Source of the DNA: Enoplolaimus lenunculus
Taxonomy: Eukaryota
Assembly (NCBI GenBank): GCA_030248215.1
Contig: JASANG010003984.1
Span: 434,001-498,000, forward strand
Direction of reading: 5' to 3'
Length of the DNA: 64,000 nt
Under the pieces are notes generated by a model, which saw only the letters and a program-made list of their open reading frames with translations, was not told the DNA's origin and did no database searches. The translations under genes were made by a program, and so were the position numbers. This document shows, piece by piece, positions 1-16,283 of this stretch. How positions within the stretch are numbered: position 1 is the stretch's first letter; each line of letters begins with the position of its first letter.

Positions 1-143
1 GGAGATAAAAGGGACATCACATAGCCAAAATCTAGAAAAGACATGTTACGAGTTCGACATTAGTTTATGGGAAGCAGAAAATAATTTAGTTTCGTATAAT
101 GAACTGTCTGCTAATATTTAATGTCAAACGTTTTCTGTTGTAG

Positions 144-3100
144 AACAACTGGATTCCTAGACGTACGCTTAATCGGCCAAAGACTTTAGAAGAAATTCAC
201 AAAGAGTACAAATTTGAACATGCAATGGCTGACGCTGATTGCAATGGTAACATTGCTTCACTTGTGATGATGATGATGATAGCCCTCTTTGAAGCTTCCT
301 TCCTATATTTGGTATCCCAGATGCTTGGGTGGAAAGTGTTTTTATATTATAATTCATATTATTATGTTGTATTAAACTGCGCTGAATATGTTTTGCCAAC
401 CAGGGCCGCAAGTCGATTTTTCGTAAGAGACATGGTATATGCTATTCCAATTTTTGCATATGATGAAAAAAACTAGAATGTAGTTTTGTTTGAGATTCAG
501 TTATTCTTTAGTCTTTTTTAAATGTTGTAGGGCATGTGACAGAACTCGAAACGACCAAACCGCCAAACATTCTAGTGCCTCCAGGATTTTCACTTCAGGT
601 AAGAAATTTTTGTGCTAATTCAAACTGATACATATAGGTAGTTAATAAATACTGGCAAACTAAAATGAAAATCCGAATAAAATAAAATGCCTTCCTCGGT
701 TATTATGCAGTCGGGTTTAAACATCTTTACTATGTGAGCTCACAGTAACTCTCGTAGACGAGGTGACTTTATGATTTTGGCACGAGATTAGCTATGGCAA
801 TCAGAAGTTAGGGATCTGTTTAGCTTCGCATCAAAGGATTACAAGGCTTGTATAAAATTACTAGACATTAAATGCAGGCGTGGTGAAGTGAACTTTGTAG
901 TCTGGTCATTTTAAGGTTAGTCTTTCTCTCTGTACCTTTCTGTCTACCGACGTTTGAAATAATTTGGTTGGAAAAATGCTAAAATGGTTAGGTAGTGTGG
1001 TAGTGTTACGTTCGTAAACAATACTTTCAGTATAGTAATACTGAGGTTCTGCTGCAATGATTGTCTTGTGTTTTGTTATTTTTAGGACGTTGCACCATTT
1101 ATATCAAAGAAGACTAACGTCAGGTTAAAACAACTTCCTGCTTCAGTAACTTCCAATGCGACAAAAATTTTGTTAGCGCCGGGTAACGCGAATTCCGAAC
1201 AAGAACCGCCATTTGGTGACGCGAAGCTATCACGGGATCGAAGCAGTAGCAAAGAAAGCGAGCTGAGTGGCACTAGCAATGTGTCATTAGTTGAAATTCA
1301 TCAAATTGAAGATAGGTTCGGTTCAATGGCCGTAGGCGGATCTCTAGCGATGCCGACTGATGATTGTGGAATTCGTGGAGATGGAGAAGCTGTGCTGCTT
1401 AAACCGGTTAAGTTTCAGCCAAGTAAGTACCAGTAGTTTGATGTTGTTAAAATGGTATATTTTAGTATTTTTCGGGCGTTGAAGTTGTTACGCTGTGGTG
1501 GGCCGTCGTACTAGCTGAGTTCGAAAGCATGAAATAAGTTCGACTTTGAAATATTCTGTTGATTTTATAAAAATTCTGTAGTTAGGGATTATGTGGAAGT
1601 TTTGTTTCAACAGTTACGATGTATTATAAATAATCTATTGCAGCTGAAATTCCAATAATTTTGAGCATCCAGTTGTAGTTCTGCTGCGGGTTAGGTGAAT
1701 TGAATAGCGGATAAAAAAATAGCAAAACTGATTGATTACTAAGCTTGTGTCGATTTTTCGCATTAAGGATTTTTCATAGTACAACTTGCGTATGCAATGT
1801 CTCTCTTTTCACATGCCTGTTATGTATTTGGTGCAAAAATTGCACAACCTAATCGGGACAGGTCTGTAAATTAATTTTGAAGTTGTTAAAGACAAGAATC
1901 GACTAAAGAACGTTCAAGGATGAATTCAGAACGTGCCTAATGTGTACCATGATGGTAATTTTGTTTTAGATGTAGAACACCATATATCAGACAAGGCCAA
2001 AAACTTTGATGATGTTTCAACAAAAGAGAATGATAGTCCGACGGAAGGGGAACAGCGCACTCGTAACCTTGTGCCGAAAAATTCACAAACAGGTTTAGCG
2101 TGTTCTGTTAACAAAACACTGCCGACACAAGCCATTCATGATGTCGCGAAATTGCTGGATCGGTTTGCGACAGGTTTACCGATGAAGACATTGCAGTCTT
2201 CTCCGTTGACTACGGGTTCACCAAGTGGTAAGTTAAATGGGAAGCAATTGCCGTATTCTCAGGCGTTTGGAACACCTATCACCAGCTCGTAATGGACAGT
2301 TAAATTGAGCACCACTTTTGAATTAAACATACCATGCTTGTTCTACTGTGTGGAATTTCAGAACTGGCGATAGGTGCTGAACACAGTTTAACGAGTTTAA
2401 AATCATGAGATGGTTATCATTTTTACACAAGTATGCAGTTTGGTATACCCTATAATTCAAGTATAACCACTTAAGCAGTGCTGAAAGTAGATGATAGAAA
2501 GAATGTCAAAGAATACTGATTATGACGCGTTTCTGAGAGATATAGTTTGAAAGTAAATTGAACACTATAACGTAAGCAAAAGTCCTAAATATACCACAAC
2601 TAAACTACTATCATTTAATACGTATTGTTACAGAACTGTGTCTGTTGTTCATGCAGATTTGTATTCAATATTAACAAATTATGTAGTTTCGACCAAAAAA
2701 TTGTGATGAAAAACAGTGCGTTACAAAATTTGGATTCAGATTTTTCGCATCCGAAAACCCTTTATTACTGAAATTAGATTGCTTGTAAACACTAATAATT
2801 AGCGAAATATTGCAACAAAAAGTCCTGATTTAGGCTTATAAATTATGATGATATGCAAATTAGCTATTAGTTAACTATTCAATTATCGCTTTGAAGAATG
2901 TAGACAGTTTATTCAGATTCTTGCGTCCAAAAACTGTTTAGTACTGAAATTACATTGCTTGTAACCGTTATAATTGGTTAAATATCTTAAAAAGTCGAAA
3001 TTTAGGTTTAACCAATTATGCAAATTAGATTGTAGCTAATAAACGGCTAAAAATTTTGAAAACCAATGCGCGGTTAACACCCAAGTATGACAGGCTTTCA

Positions 3101-5862
3101 AACAAAAACATCAAAATCGGTTCTGCAGTTCCTGAGATTCTTTTCTGACGGACAGACGGACATCCACCTTTCGACACCCGAGCACTAAATATAAAACGTT
3201 TCAAGTAACCCCGAGCTTCGCTTTACTAGTATGGTTTGTTTATTTTTCGTTAATTGCTTGCAGCTACAAGGGAACAGCTGATTGGAACGTTTTCGAAATG
3301 TGCGCATGAAGCTAGGACTATGACCGGCGTATCTGCTAAGAAATCTGGCACAGAAGTGTTGGATATGATTGTTCAACGGGTAATGGCGAACGCACCTAGC
3401 GGCCAACGGATTACAAGGTACGTATCTAAAATTTTTTATTTTAAAGCAAGTTTACTCACTCGCTGGTAAAATATAGTAAGCCAGTACAATTTTGAATCAG
3501 TTATAGTGGATCAAAGTTAGCATTAACGAAAAATTTCGGCCCATTTTTGCTTATGCTTAGGCCTACGTATAAGCTCTTTTTACGCTTTGGAATATGCTTA
3601 TGCTGCTGTTAGGACCCTGTTCTATACATTTTTGTAAAGTTTCGATCAACTTTAACATTAACGACTGCATTGTCAAATAAGTGTAGCGCAATGAACATAT
3701 CGAATAGTCTGTTTACCTTGGGAATGCTTTTTACGTTGGCATTACTTTCTATTTCAGGGTTATTTTTTTAAATATGTCACTGTTTTTTGTTTAATTTTTA
3801 GCGATTAGTGTTAATAAGATCTAGTTTGTTTTTGCTTATTTCTTGGCGTTAAGTAATTGCTAAACGGAATTTGAAATAAACTTAGTCTTTGTGGAATCGC
3901 TACAGCGCTGTCGTAAATAGCGCTGTATGTCTTCGAACCGTAATGAATATACGGCTGCCGCCATGCAGGCACCTGCTACTCGTACTAATTTGTAAACATT
4001 ACTTATAGGGAAGCTGTGTTGAAATGTATTGACGAGTGCAAACGAACCGTATTTAATGGAACGCTTAAAGGTGTTGATAGACAGCGGATTATTGACGAAG
4101 CAACGCGGATTATGATTGAAAATAGAGTATCACAGCAAACATTGGACCAAACAGAAACTGTGTCTGTTCAGGTGAATTTATCTATCTAATGCTATTAAAG
4201 CTTGACCGCAATATATACGTGTTTTTGGCACCGTTCCAGCAAATTTTTATCTAGCAAATATTTATATCACGCAATTATACAAATCAGCGAAATAGTTAAT
4301 ACGTAGATATGAGATGGTTTACGTTTTTGCGTTGTTGGTTCTGTAGAGCAGATATGTTCAGCTTTATGCAATGTTTCAAAAACAGAGTACAGATATCTGT
4401 GTTTTAACGCGTTTGTTTTGGCTAACGTAGTATGAGTATATTTTGTTTATATATTTACGGTTGCATGTTTGTAACCACGTTGACTGTTTGGTTGTATTTT
4501 TGAACTATTTTTATTGTAACACGATCTACTACGTACATTCCAGCATAGATAGTGATTATAAAGTAAGGTGTGGTATTGTTTAAAATTTTGTTACACGCAT
4601 TCTTAGTACAACAGGCATCTACAAAATTAAACGCAATACCACACAATCCCCGTTTCTTTGTGCTTATTTCAGTTCGTGATTGTAATCGCTCGGCTATTGC
4701 TCGTCGCAGAATTTTTTGCGCGTACTTGTTTTTTACAGAAATCTATTATCGTCCTGCGGAAAATTCCATAAATTTCGCGTCCGAAACTTTGTAAATTTAG
4801 CTAAAATTAGTTAAATTTCAATAACTTGGCCACTGCTGATTGTAATTTTTCAGAAACAACCGCAGCAACATCTGTACATGGCTCAAGTTTCGCCGCAGCG
4901 TACAGGACGTCCTCAAGGTCTCGAATCGAGCCACAACGACCCTAGCGTCGCTCTGCAACAACAAAAACAACAACAACAAACACCACCACCACCACCACAA
5001 CAACAACAAAGACAACAAAAACCACCACCACCACAACAACAACAACCACAACAACAACCACAACGACAACAACCGAAACAACAAACGACAGTGGCTGCAG
5101 GCCAACTAAAACCAACACATGATTGCCCGATTTGTTTAGATCCGCTTCGACATAAAGCAGTAGTCAAAGCGGCGTGTATGCATGAATTTCACGTTGAGGT
5201 AAGTAGTTTAGTGATCGTTTTGCCGAAATGCAACAAAAAACAGATTTGATTAGAAATAGTATTTCACAGACATCTTGAACACAGTATTCACTGTGGACAT
5301 TTTTGTAGCCTACATAATATATCGACAAGAAATTTAATACTAAAATAAACTTAGTTTCTAGATCGTTTTGCCGAAATGCAACGAAAAACAGCTTTGATTA
5401 GAAATAGTATTTCACAGACATCTTGAACACGGTATTCACTGTGGACATTTTTGTAAGGTATTTTTACAAATTAGAAAACTAAGTTTATTTTATTATTAAA
5501 TTTCTTGTCGATATATTATGTATGCTTCAAAAATGGTTGGCGTAATACGATGTTTAGATGTAAATCGCGGAATTAGTCGATTTTTTTCATAGGTTTGGAA
5601 CTTTCGAGTAAGAAAATGAATCTTTGTGACATATTAGCCTAAAGTCCCTTTGTTTGATAATAAGATAATACCTTATCCATTTCCTAAGTTGCTAATGAAT
5701 GCTTTAAATATTAAAACTACGCAAAGCTGTCAAGAATCTTTTTTTTATTTTTATTTCCTTTTGTTGCAGTGTTTGAGAACGTGGCTGAGTCAGTACAAAC
5801 GTGAATGCCCGTTGTGTAAACGATTTTTGATTGACGAAGCAGAATTTCCACGGTTGGTATAA
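144..5862 (+). CDS. 5'-partial RING-H2 E3 ubiquitin ligase (TTC3/DZIP3/RNF214-like C-terminus) with an eIF4G MIF4G-end motif and a Q/P-rich tract; 8 exons, ~506 aa in window
   Basis: Exons 144-246, 531-598, 1086-1422, 1970-2227, 3264-3417, 4009-4171, 4854-5198, 5770-5862 are all GT-AG bounded with matching phases and total 1521 nt ending in TAA. The RING-H2 CPICLDPLRHKAVVKAACMHEFHVE|CLRTWLSQYKRECPLC is split by the last intron and followed by KRFLIDEAEFPRLV*. The first exon reads NNWIPRRTLNRPKTLEEIHKE. The start codon lies upstream of the window. Confidence 0.85.
2400..3229 (+). mobile_element. Putative non-autonomous Helitron-like element (5' boundary approximate)
   Basis: The 3' segment aaaatcggttctgcagttcctgaga...cggacagacggaca ends in CTAG|T at 3226-3230. 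There is an internal degenerate ~180-bp duplication (~2733-2870 versus ~2912-3040). Confidence 0.45.
4956..5085 (+). repeat. Coding (CAA)n/(CCA)n low-complexity tract encoding polyQ/polyP
   Basis: Translates to QQQKQQQQTPPPPPQQQQRQQKPPPPQQQQPQQQPQRQQPKQQ, just upstream of the RING domain. Confidence 0.9.
5213..5522. repeat. Intronic direct duplication (~95 bp) plus inverted duplication (~50 bp)
   Basis: 5213-5307 is repeated at 5361-5455, and 5310-5360 recurs reverse-complemented at ~5471-5522. Confidence 0.85.
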
Positions 5863-6636
5863 CATTAATTTCGTTTTGTTGGTGTGCGTCTGCGGTCAAA
5901 AACGTCTGTCTAAAAGTGTCTGAGGTATACCTAGACATGTTTTAAAAATTTAGTCTGCATTCTCATAGTAGCTTCTATCATCAGTTGGCGACAGGCCAGG
6001 CCATGTAACCTAAAAACTTGTGAACGGTATGTTACAAATTTCACACATTTTTTGCAATTTGACTTAGCTTTCACACATTTTTTGCAATTTGACTTAGCTT
6101 AGTACAGTGTTTATTTTAGATCACCATAAACCATATAGAGATTAAGTTTTCAAAGGGCACCCCTGTTTAAGCTGAGTGTTTAGCATGAACATGTTGTAAA
6201 TAATTGAGTGTCGTAAATTTTCATTTGCAAAATTTAGCACAACTCGTCCTTTGAGTTTGCCTGTAAGTCCATATCTTGCTTATATTCAAAGTCAGGGTTT
6301 ACTGGCTGATAATATTAGTACGTCCATATAATGGTAAGAATTAAGTTTGAATATTTTAAAATATTGACAAAATTATTGTGACCGGCGCATTACTTCTGTT
6401 TTGATATTATGTTTTGGTTGATTTGAGCGATTTGGGGATTGTGTATTAATCATTGTTTATCCATGACTTTGTCAAGCTATGTACTGTAAGTACTGCAGTA
6501 CTTTATTGCAAAAGTTTGTGCAAAGATGAAACAAACACGACTGGTCTCTAGTCAGAAACAAAAAAGTGAATGCCACTAAAAAGTTAGCGTAAAATGGTTT
6601 ATAACCAGCCAGAAAACGCAGATTTTTCCAATTTTC

Positions 6637-6816
6637 GGTCCATATAATAATCAGGGGCGGAAGTTTTTCATTGGGGTTGCTATACAGTAAGCTTTAGCTC
6701 TTCAAACTATATTTTGCATAGGCATAAGCTTAGATATAAACTTATTGTTACGCTCAGGCTTAGGCTCAGGAATATGCTTATACTATTGTTACGGCCCTGT
6801 TCTGTGTACATTTGCC
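6637..6816 (+). mobile_element. TTAGGC-bearing MITE, subfamily A
   Basis: ggtccatataataatcagggg...ccctgttctgtgtacatttgcc with internal TTAGGC-like units. Flanks caattttc/cgcttttc match at 6/8. Confidence 0.75.
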
Positions 6817-7958
6817 CGCTTTTCAAAAGTTGCTCATTGTATTAGACTCAAAATGACCAAAAATGAATATTAATGGTTAGTTTGTTCGTATCGGACAGCT
6901 GAACATGTGTTTTGTACTGAATATTGTGAAGTAAGATAAATGTGGGGGTGGTGTTTAAGGAGTTTTAAGATATCCCCTGCAAAAAGTGTGAACTCTGCCT
7001 TTGGAAATTGTGATTAAAGTCACCATTTTACGGTTTCAAAAATGCCGCTTTTCGTTCTTTTCAGTATTAAAATGTTAAGTTTTCTTAGCTTTAACTATTT
7101 GGTGTGATTCTGGTTTCTGAAACTAAAATATGAATGCGTAATGTTTTGCGTATAGTTATGAATGAGTGAGTCGATGATATGTTGTGGTGGAAACTGAAAA
7201 TTGTTTAAAACATAGTCCCTAGTAAAGGTCAATGTTCTGTACATTGGACGACGAAACGCACATATTTCTATTATAATATTGTGAGTTGCGAATATTAGAA
7301 GAAAAAATATTACAGGTAACGAAAAGAATGTTTAATTCTGCTGATAGGTTTTTTAAATTTTTGAAACGAAAACATTTGGATGACGTGATTTTTTGTACAC
7401 ATCCGATATTTTGTTAGCAAATTTTTTTCTAGTCCTGGCACCAAACTAATTGCTTTGAGTGTTTATGGTCTTGTCAATCAAGGCTGCAACTGAAGTTTAA
7501 TCCTAATCGAAATGCAAAAATAATACTGGAAGAAATTCGGTTAAATTCTTAGATGTCGGCAACGTCATTTTCATGCTTACTGATTGGTTCAAAAATAAAA
7601 ACATCCGTCCGTAAAGTTCAATTTTAACTTGAAACGCAATATCGACACTGATAATTGCGGAAAATCTATTGAAAAATATATTGTTTAGTATATGTTTGGA
7701 ACTCACAGTGACAAATATTAAACTGTATTGGAACTTGGGATTCGAGTTGCATCCTACGTGCTCTGCTGTTTATATGTATATAAGTTGTATTATTGTATTT
7801 TAATTTGATGGCATCCTGATGGTTTGGCAGTAACATTAAATGTTCTATAATGCCATATTTGCTCAATATTTCGTACGAGTACAATGAAGTTAAGATTAGC
7901 TGCAAGCATATCAGTATGTAACTGGACATCCGGCGGTTGCAAATAATCGTTGAAAAAG

Positions 7959-8492
7959 TGTCCCTTGTAAAGATCAGGGGCGGAACGTTTTTCTGTGGGA
8001 CTGTAATAAGGTTTTAAACTAATTTTTGCTTAGGCTTAAGTATAAGCTCATTCTTATACTTCTGTTTAAGCTTAGGAATATGTTTATACTTACTACCAGG
8101 GTACAACCGGAGGTCTGCCTCCGGCTCCGGCAAAAAATCGGCCTCCGGCTCCGGTAGAATTTTTGCCAGTGGTTCGGGCCATTCCGGTAGTAAAGTTTTG
8201 CACAATTTAGCAAAATTTATCTGTTTAGTGCGTTTCGTTTTACTTTCGTCACAATTTTCGGAAAGGAATTTCCGAAATTTCCCAGAAAACCAACGTAAAA
8301 CCAAACAACTTAACAACATACTGTAGATATTGGCTAAAATTACGTACTTAATTAACCATCATTTTTACTTTCTAATTTCGCCTCACCTCCGGCTCAGGCG
8401 AGTTTCCTTGACCTCCGGCTTCGACTCCGGTATTTTTCACCTCCGGTTGCACCCTGCTTACTACTGCTACGGCCCAGTTCCATACATTGGTC
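7959..8492 (+). mobile_element. TTAGGC-bearing MITE, subfamily A, split by a nested hAT-like MITE
   Basis: The left arm tgtaaagatcaggggcggaacgtttttctgtgggact and the right arm ggcccagttccatacattggtc resume across the insertion. Confidence 0.75.
8097..8456 (+). mobile_element. hAT-like MITE (CAGGGTACAACCGG...CCGGTTGCACCCTG)
   Basis: Terminal inverted repeats, a perfect 8-bp TSD cttactac (8089-8096, 8457-8464) and internal ctccgg subrepeats. Homologous copies start at 14756 and 25911. Confidence 0.85.
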
Positions 8493-8604
8493 TTTAAATG
8501 CTTTGTTTCATGCTGCTATACACTTTCTCAATTGTGGATCAAGTTTTTGTTCGCAGTTAGACTGCAGTATTAAAAAAGTTTGGAATCTGTATGCTCAAGC
8601 CTTA

Positions 8605-8739
8605 TGCCAATATACAGAACAGGGCCGTAACTGTAGTATAACGTATTCCTCAGCCTAAGTAAAAAATCAATCCAAAGTTTAAGCTTACTCCATTATAGTC
8701 ACGCGGAAAAACGATGCGCACCTGATCTCTATATTGGCC
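8605..8739 (-). mobile_element. TTAGGC-bearing MITE, subfamily A, reverse orientation
   Basis: gccaatatacagaacagggcc...cctgatctctatattggcc. Flanks aagcctta/aagtcttg match at 6/8. Confidence 0.7.
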
Positions 8740-9111
8740 AAGTCTTGCTATAGCTTATATCTCTTTATACCTTATAAGAGATACTACTGACTCATATAGG
8801 ACTGCGGGGTTGAATTATGTAGAATGGTGTCAAAATACGTGCCTTAGATTGTTCTTGTTTGGGGTTTTTACGCAATGTAAAATATTAAAATATATCTTTA
8901 TATGTAGTGCCTGAGCGTTTTAGGATATTTGACATGATTAAAGCGAAAAATACCTACATAATCATTGTTACGATATTACAATTTTATTTGTTTCGGCCCA
9001 TAAATACTCTTTGTGCCGTACCATTTTTTGGTTTGACTGTAAAAGAGTAGGTTTTAGATTTAGAGTATATATTTTTGCATTAGGCTTAGGCTTGGAATAG
9101 ACTTTCTTCAA

Positions 9112-9337
9112 CACTGTAAATTGTAATGAGTTAATAAATTAACTCAGACGGAAAGTTAGTTATTTCTGAGTTAATAACAGAATACTTTAACTCACTTTGA
9201 GTTAAGCAGACTCTGGATGAGTTGATTAACTCAGAATGAATTGAATCAACTCACAATTCTGAGTTCTGATAGTCCTAACTCAGACGAAGTGCTTCAACTC
9301 ATTCTGAGTTAAAATCAACTCACTAAAATTTGCAGTG
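9112..9337. mobile_element. CACTG..CAGTG MITE (CACTA/CMC-like) with aactca/tgagtt subterminal repeats, nested in a TTAGGC element (~8995-9393)
   Basis: TIR cactgtaaatt/aatttgcagtg with a 2-bp flank AA/AA. A homologous inverted copy lies at 23137-23390. Confidence 0.7.
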
Positions 9338-9559
9338 AATGTTTTGGCTCAGGAATATGCTTAAATGGTTATGGCCTTAAAATAACATTCGCCGATTAGT
9401 GCAGTTCTTCGTTGTTTGTTTCGTTCATTCACACTGTATATAGCTGGTCGAGTGATGCGAACATAAGTAAGAAACAATTTGTAAATTTAAGTTACTCAGC
9501 AAATTATTTTAGTGTCCTGCAAAACACTCCCTCTACTTTTCAACTGGTATAGAATTATG

Positions 9560-9735
9560 GGCCAATGTTACTTTTAGGGCCGTACCAATAGATAAAACGT
9601 ATTCCTAAGCTTAAGCATAAGCCTAAGTGTTGCAAAAGCGTATTCCTACGCCTAAGCTAAAAAATGTTTACAATGTAAGCCTAATCTTTTACCGACTGAC
9701 CAGAAACCGGGACAGCCCTAAAAGTAATATACGTC
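9560..9735 (-). mobile_element. TTAGGC-bearing MITE, subfamily B
   Basis: ggccaatgttacttttagggc...gccctaaaagtaatat with GCCTAA units and a perfect 8-bp TSD gaattatg (9552-9559, 9736-9743). Confidence 0.85.
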
Positions 9736-9885
9736 GAATTATGAGTACAGTAATGCTATGGTCTGCAATAACAATTAAAAAGTATTTACAAGGCCTGCCA
9801 TAAATCAGATGTGATGATTGCTTCAAAATATATAAAGATTAAGGCTGACTTTTCACTGCTTCCGTGAGCGTACAAATCAATATTT

Positions 9886-14412
<4,527 letters not shown>

Positions 14413-14755
14413 CCATTGTTTTAGGTTCAAAATTTAACCAGCATTTGTGACAAATTATTTTATTTTAATATAACAGTTGTTTTATTAGTAGCACAAACCG
14501 TTGTATATTAAAATTTAGTATTTTACGGCCTATATTCTGAAATGTGTATAGCAACTACCATCAGTGAGTAATAGGTTTTTTAACTCACCAACTATTGCAG
14601 TTGAACTCATAATTGGTAACGGAGCAGAACAAAACATAGGCAAAAACTATGTTGAATCATGAGCATCAGCATTCACTTGATCGAATGTTACAAGACCTGC
14701 CACCAACTAGTGATTGGTGCTACACATTTTGAGACGGACCAAGCATGCTGTATAT

Positions 14756-15521
14756 CAGGGTACAACCGGGGGTCTGACTGCGGCTCCGGCTCTGGCAGAA
14801 AACTGCGCCTCCGGCTACGGCTCCGGTAGAATTTTTGCCGGAGGTTCCAGCAATTTCGTCAGTAAAATTTTGCATAATGTAAGCAAAATTTATCTGTTTA
14901 GCGCATTTCGTTTTACGTTTGTCACAATTTTCAGGAAAGAATTTTCGATATTTCGCAGAAAATTAGCGTATTAACACAAAACAACATAACAACTTTATTG
15001 CAGAAATTGGCTGAAATTAACTAATGGGTCATCCACGTTATAACGCGCTCGCTAAGTTAAAAACTTGTCCAACCACCCGGTATGGATCTTTGTACAAATT
15101 GAAACTGCAACTAGAGTGTAGGTACAATTTTATGCGGTACGTAGACACTATTAATTGTCCCGACACTGTCCGAAGGGAGTTGGGAGAAAAGGTAAAAATT
15201 AAGCATAATAAATAAGTGTATATGTGTGCTTGTGTTGCTGTTATGTATGTTTTCGATGCTATATGAACGCAGTGCAATATGTCTTTACGTCCTCGTTAGG
15301 GACTACCGGACATTATAATGGTCTCGTAATAGAGTGTTAAAACGACGTCGGGTCTTACTAAGACCCAGACATTTTTTGCAGTAGCGCGTGCAGTACAACG
15401 TGGATGTTCCATAATTAACTATCATTTTTACTACCTAAATTTCGCCTCACCTCCGGCTCCGGCTCCGGCAAGTTTTGTTGACCTCCGGCTCCAGTATTTT
15501 TTTACCTCCGGTTGAACCCTG
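14756..15521 (+). mobile_element. hAT-like MITE (same family as 8097-8456) containing a nested insertion
   Basis: cagggtacaaccgg...ccggttgaaccctg with a perfect 8-bp TSD ctgtatat. Confidence 0.85.
15025..15411. mobile_element. MITE with a TAA target duplication (PIF/Harbinger-like) nested in the hAT-like MITE
   Basis: TIR tgggtcatccacgttata / tacaacgtggatgttcca with TAA on both sides. It is absent from the homologous copy at 8097-8456. Confidence 0.7.
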
Positions 15522-16283
15522 CTGTATATATCTGAATTTGATTTAATTGTCGCTCACAGAATTTTTTCGTCTGCAAAATCAAAACCTTTTGTGTCGTATC
15601 CGTAAGTTTTAAAGCGAAAATTGTGACCCACACTTAAAATTAGCCATTTTTACCAAAATGGTGTTTGGTGACTTGAAACCTGTGTTCAAAATTGAATGTA
15701 AGCATGGTTTGAATGGTTGAACTGCGGTTTCAGTGCCGCTGGATTTATTCTAAGCCCAGCAACTGGAGCGGACGTGACCATTTTGAGAAGGGTTAAGCAA
15801 AATTTGCCTAAAACCGTATTATTTAACCACCGTCAGCAAATAGGCCAGGGTGGGGAGGGGTGTGAGTTGCAATTGAAACCAGCTTTTTTATGACGTTTTA
15901 AAAACATCAAAAACAATGCCGATAAATATTTAAAAAATGAAATGCTTAAATCATCAAAAAATGCACACCCATAACAAAACAAATTCATCAACAGCGATCG
16001 ACTAATTAGTCGATCCGCCTACAAATTGGCAACAATTTGTATCAATCAGGGGCCGATGCTATCAGCAACTATTTACTGTAGGGCAATTATTTGTGGGTTT
16101 TAAAAAGTTGACAGTTGTCAATAAATTTTTAAACTGTTTTTACACCAAAATCAATTTTTTAGGATGTGGCTACTTGTACGCGATGCAACGCATGCCTGGG
16201 ATTTGAGGCCGCAAAAATTTTCGAGAACGCTTATATTATATATAAATAAATAAATGTACACATATATGCATATAATGACTCTA

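Noticed and set aside
2..121. Open frame EIKGTSHSQNLEKTC... at the window start
   Set aside because: It has no recognisable motif or good in-phase donor and is more likely intron preceding the acceptor at 143.
4818..5167. Minus-strand Cys-rich and Leu/Trp-rich ORFs (metallothionein- or membrane-protein-like)
   Set aside because: They are antisense translations of the CAA/CCA repeat in the RING gene exon.
6038..6100. Small tandem duplications (also ~37445-37495, ~38040-38095, ~35380-35830, ~58648-58688)
   Set aside because: These are ordinary local slippage duplications with no further structure.
8014..8319. ORFs with PEPEA repeats (also 14714-14974 and 25867-26055)
   Set aside because: These are translations of ctccgg subrepeats in hAT-like MITEs.
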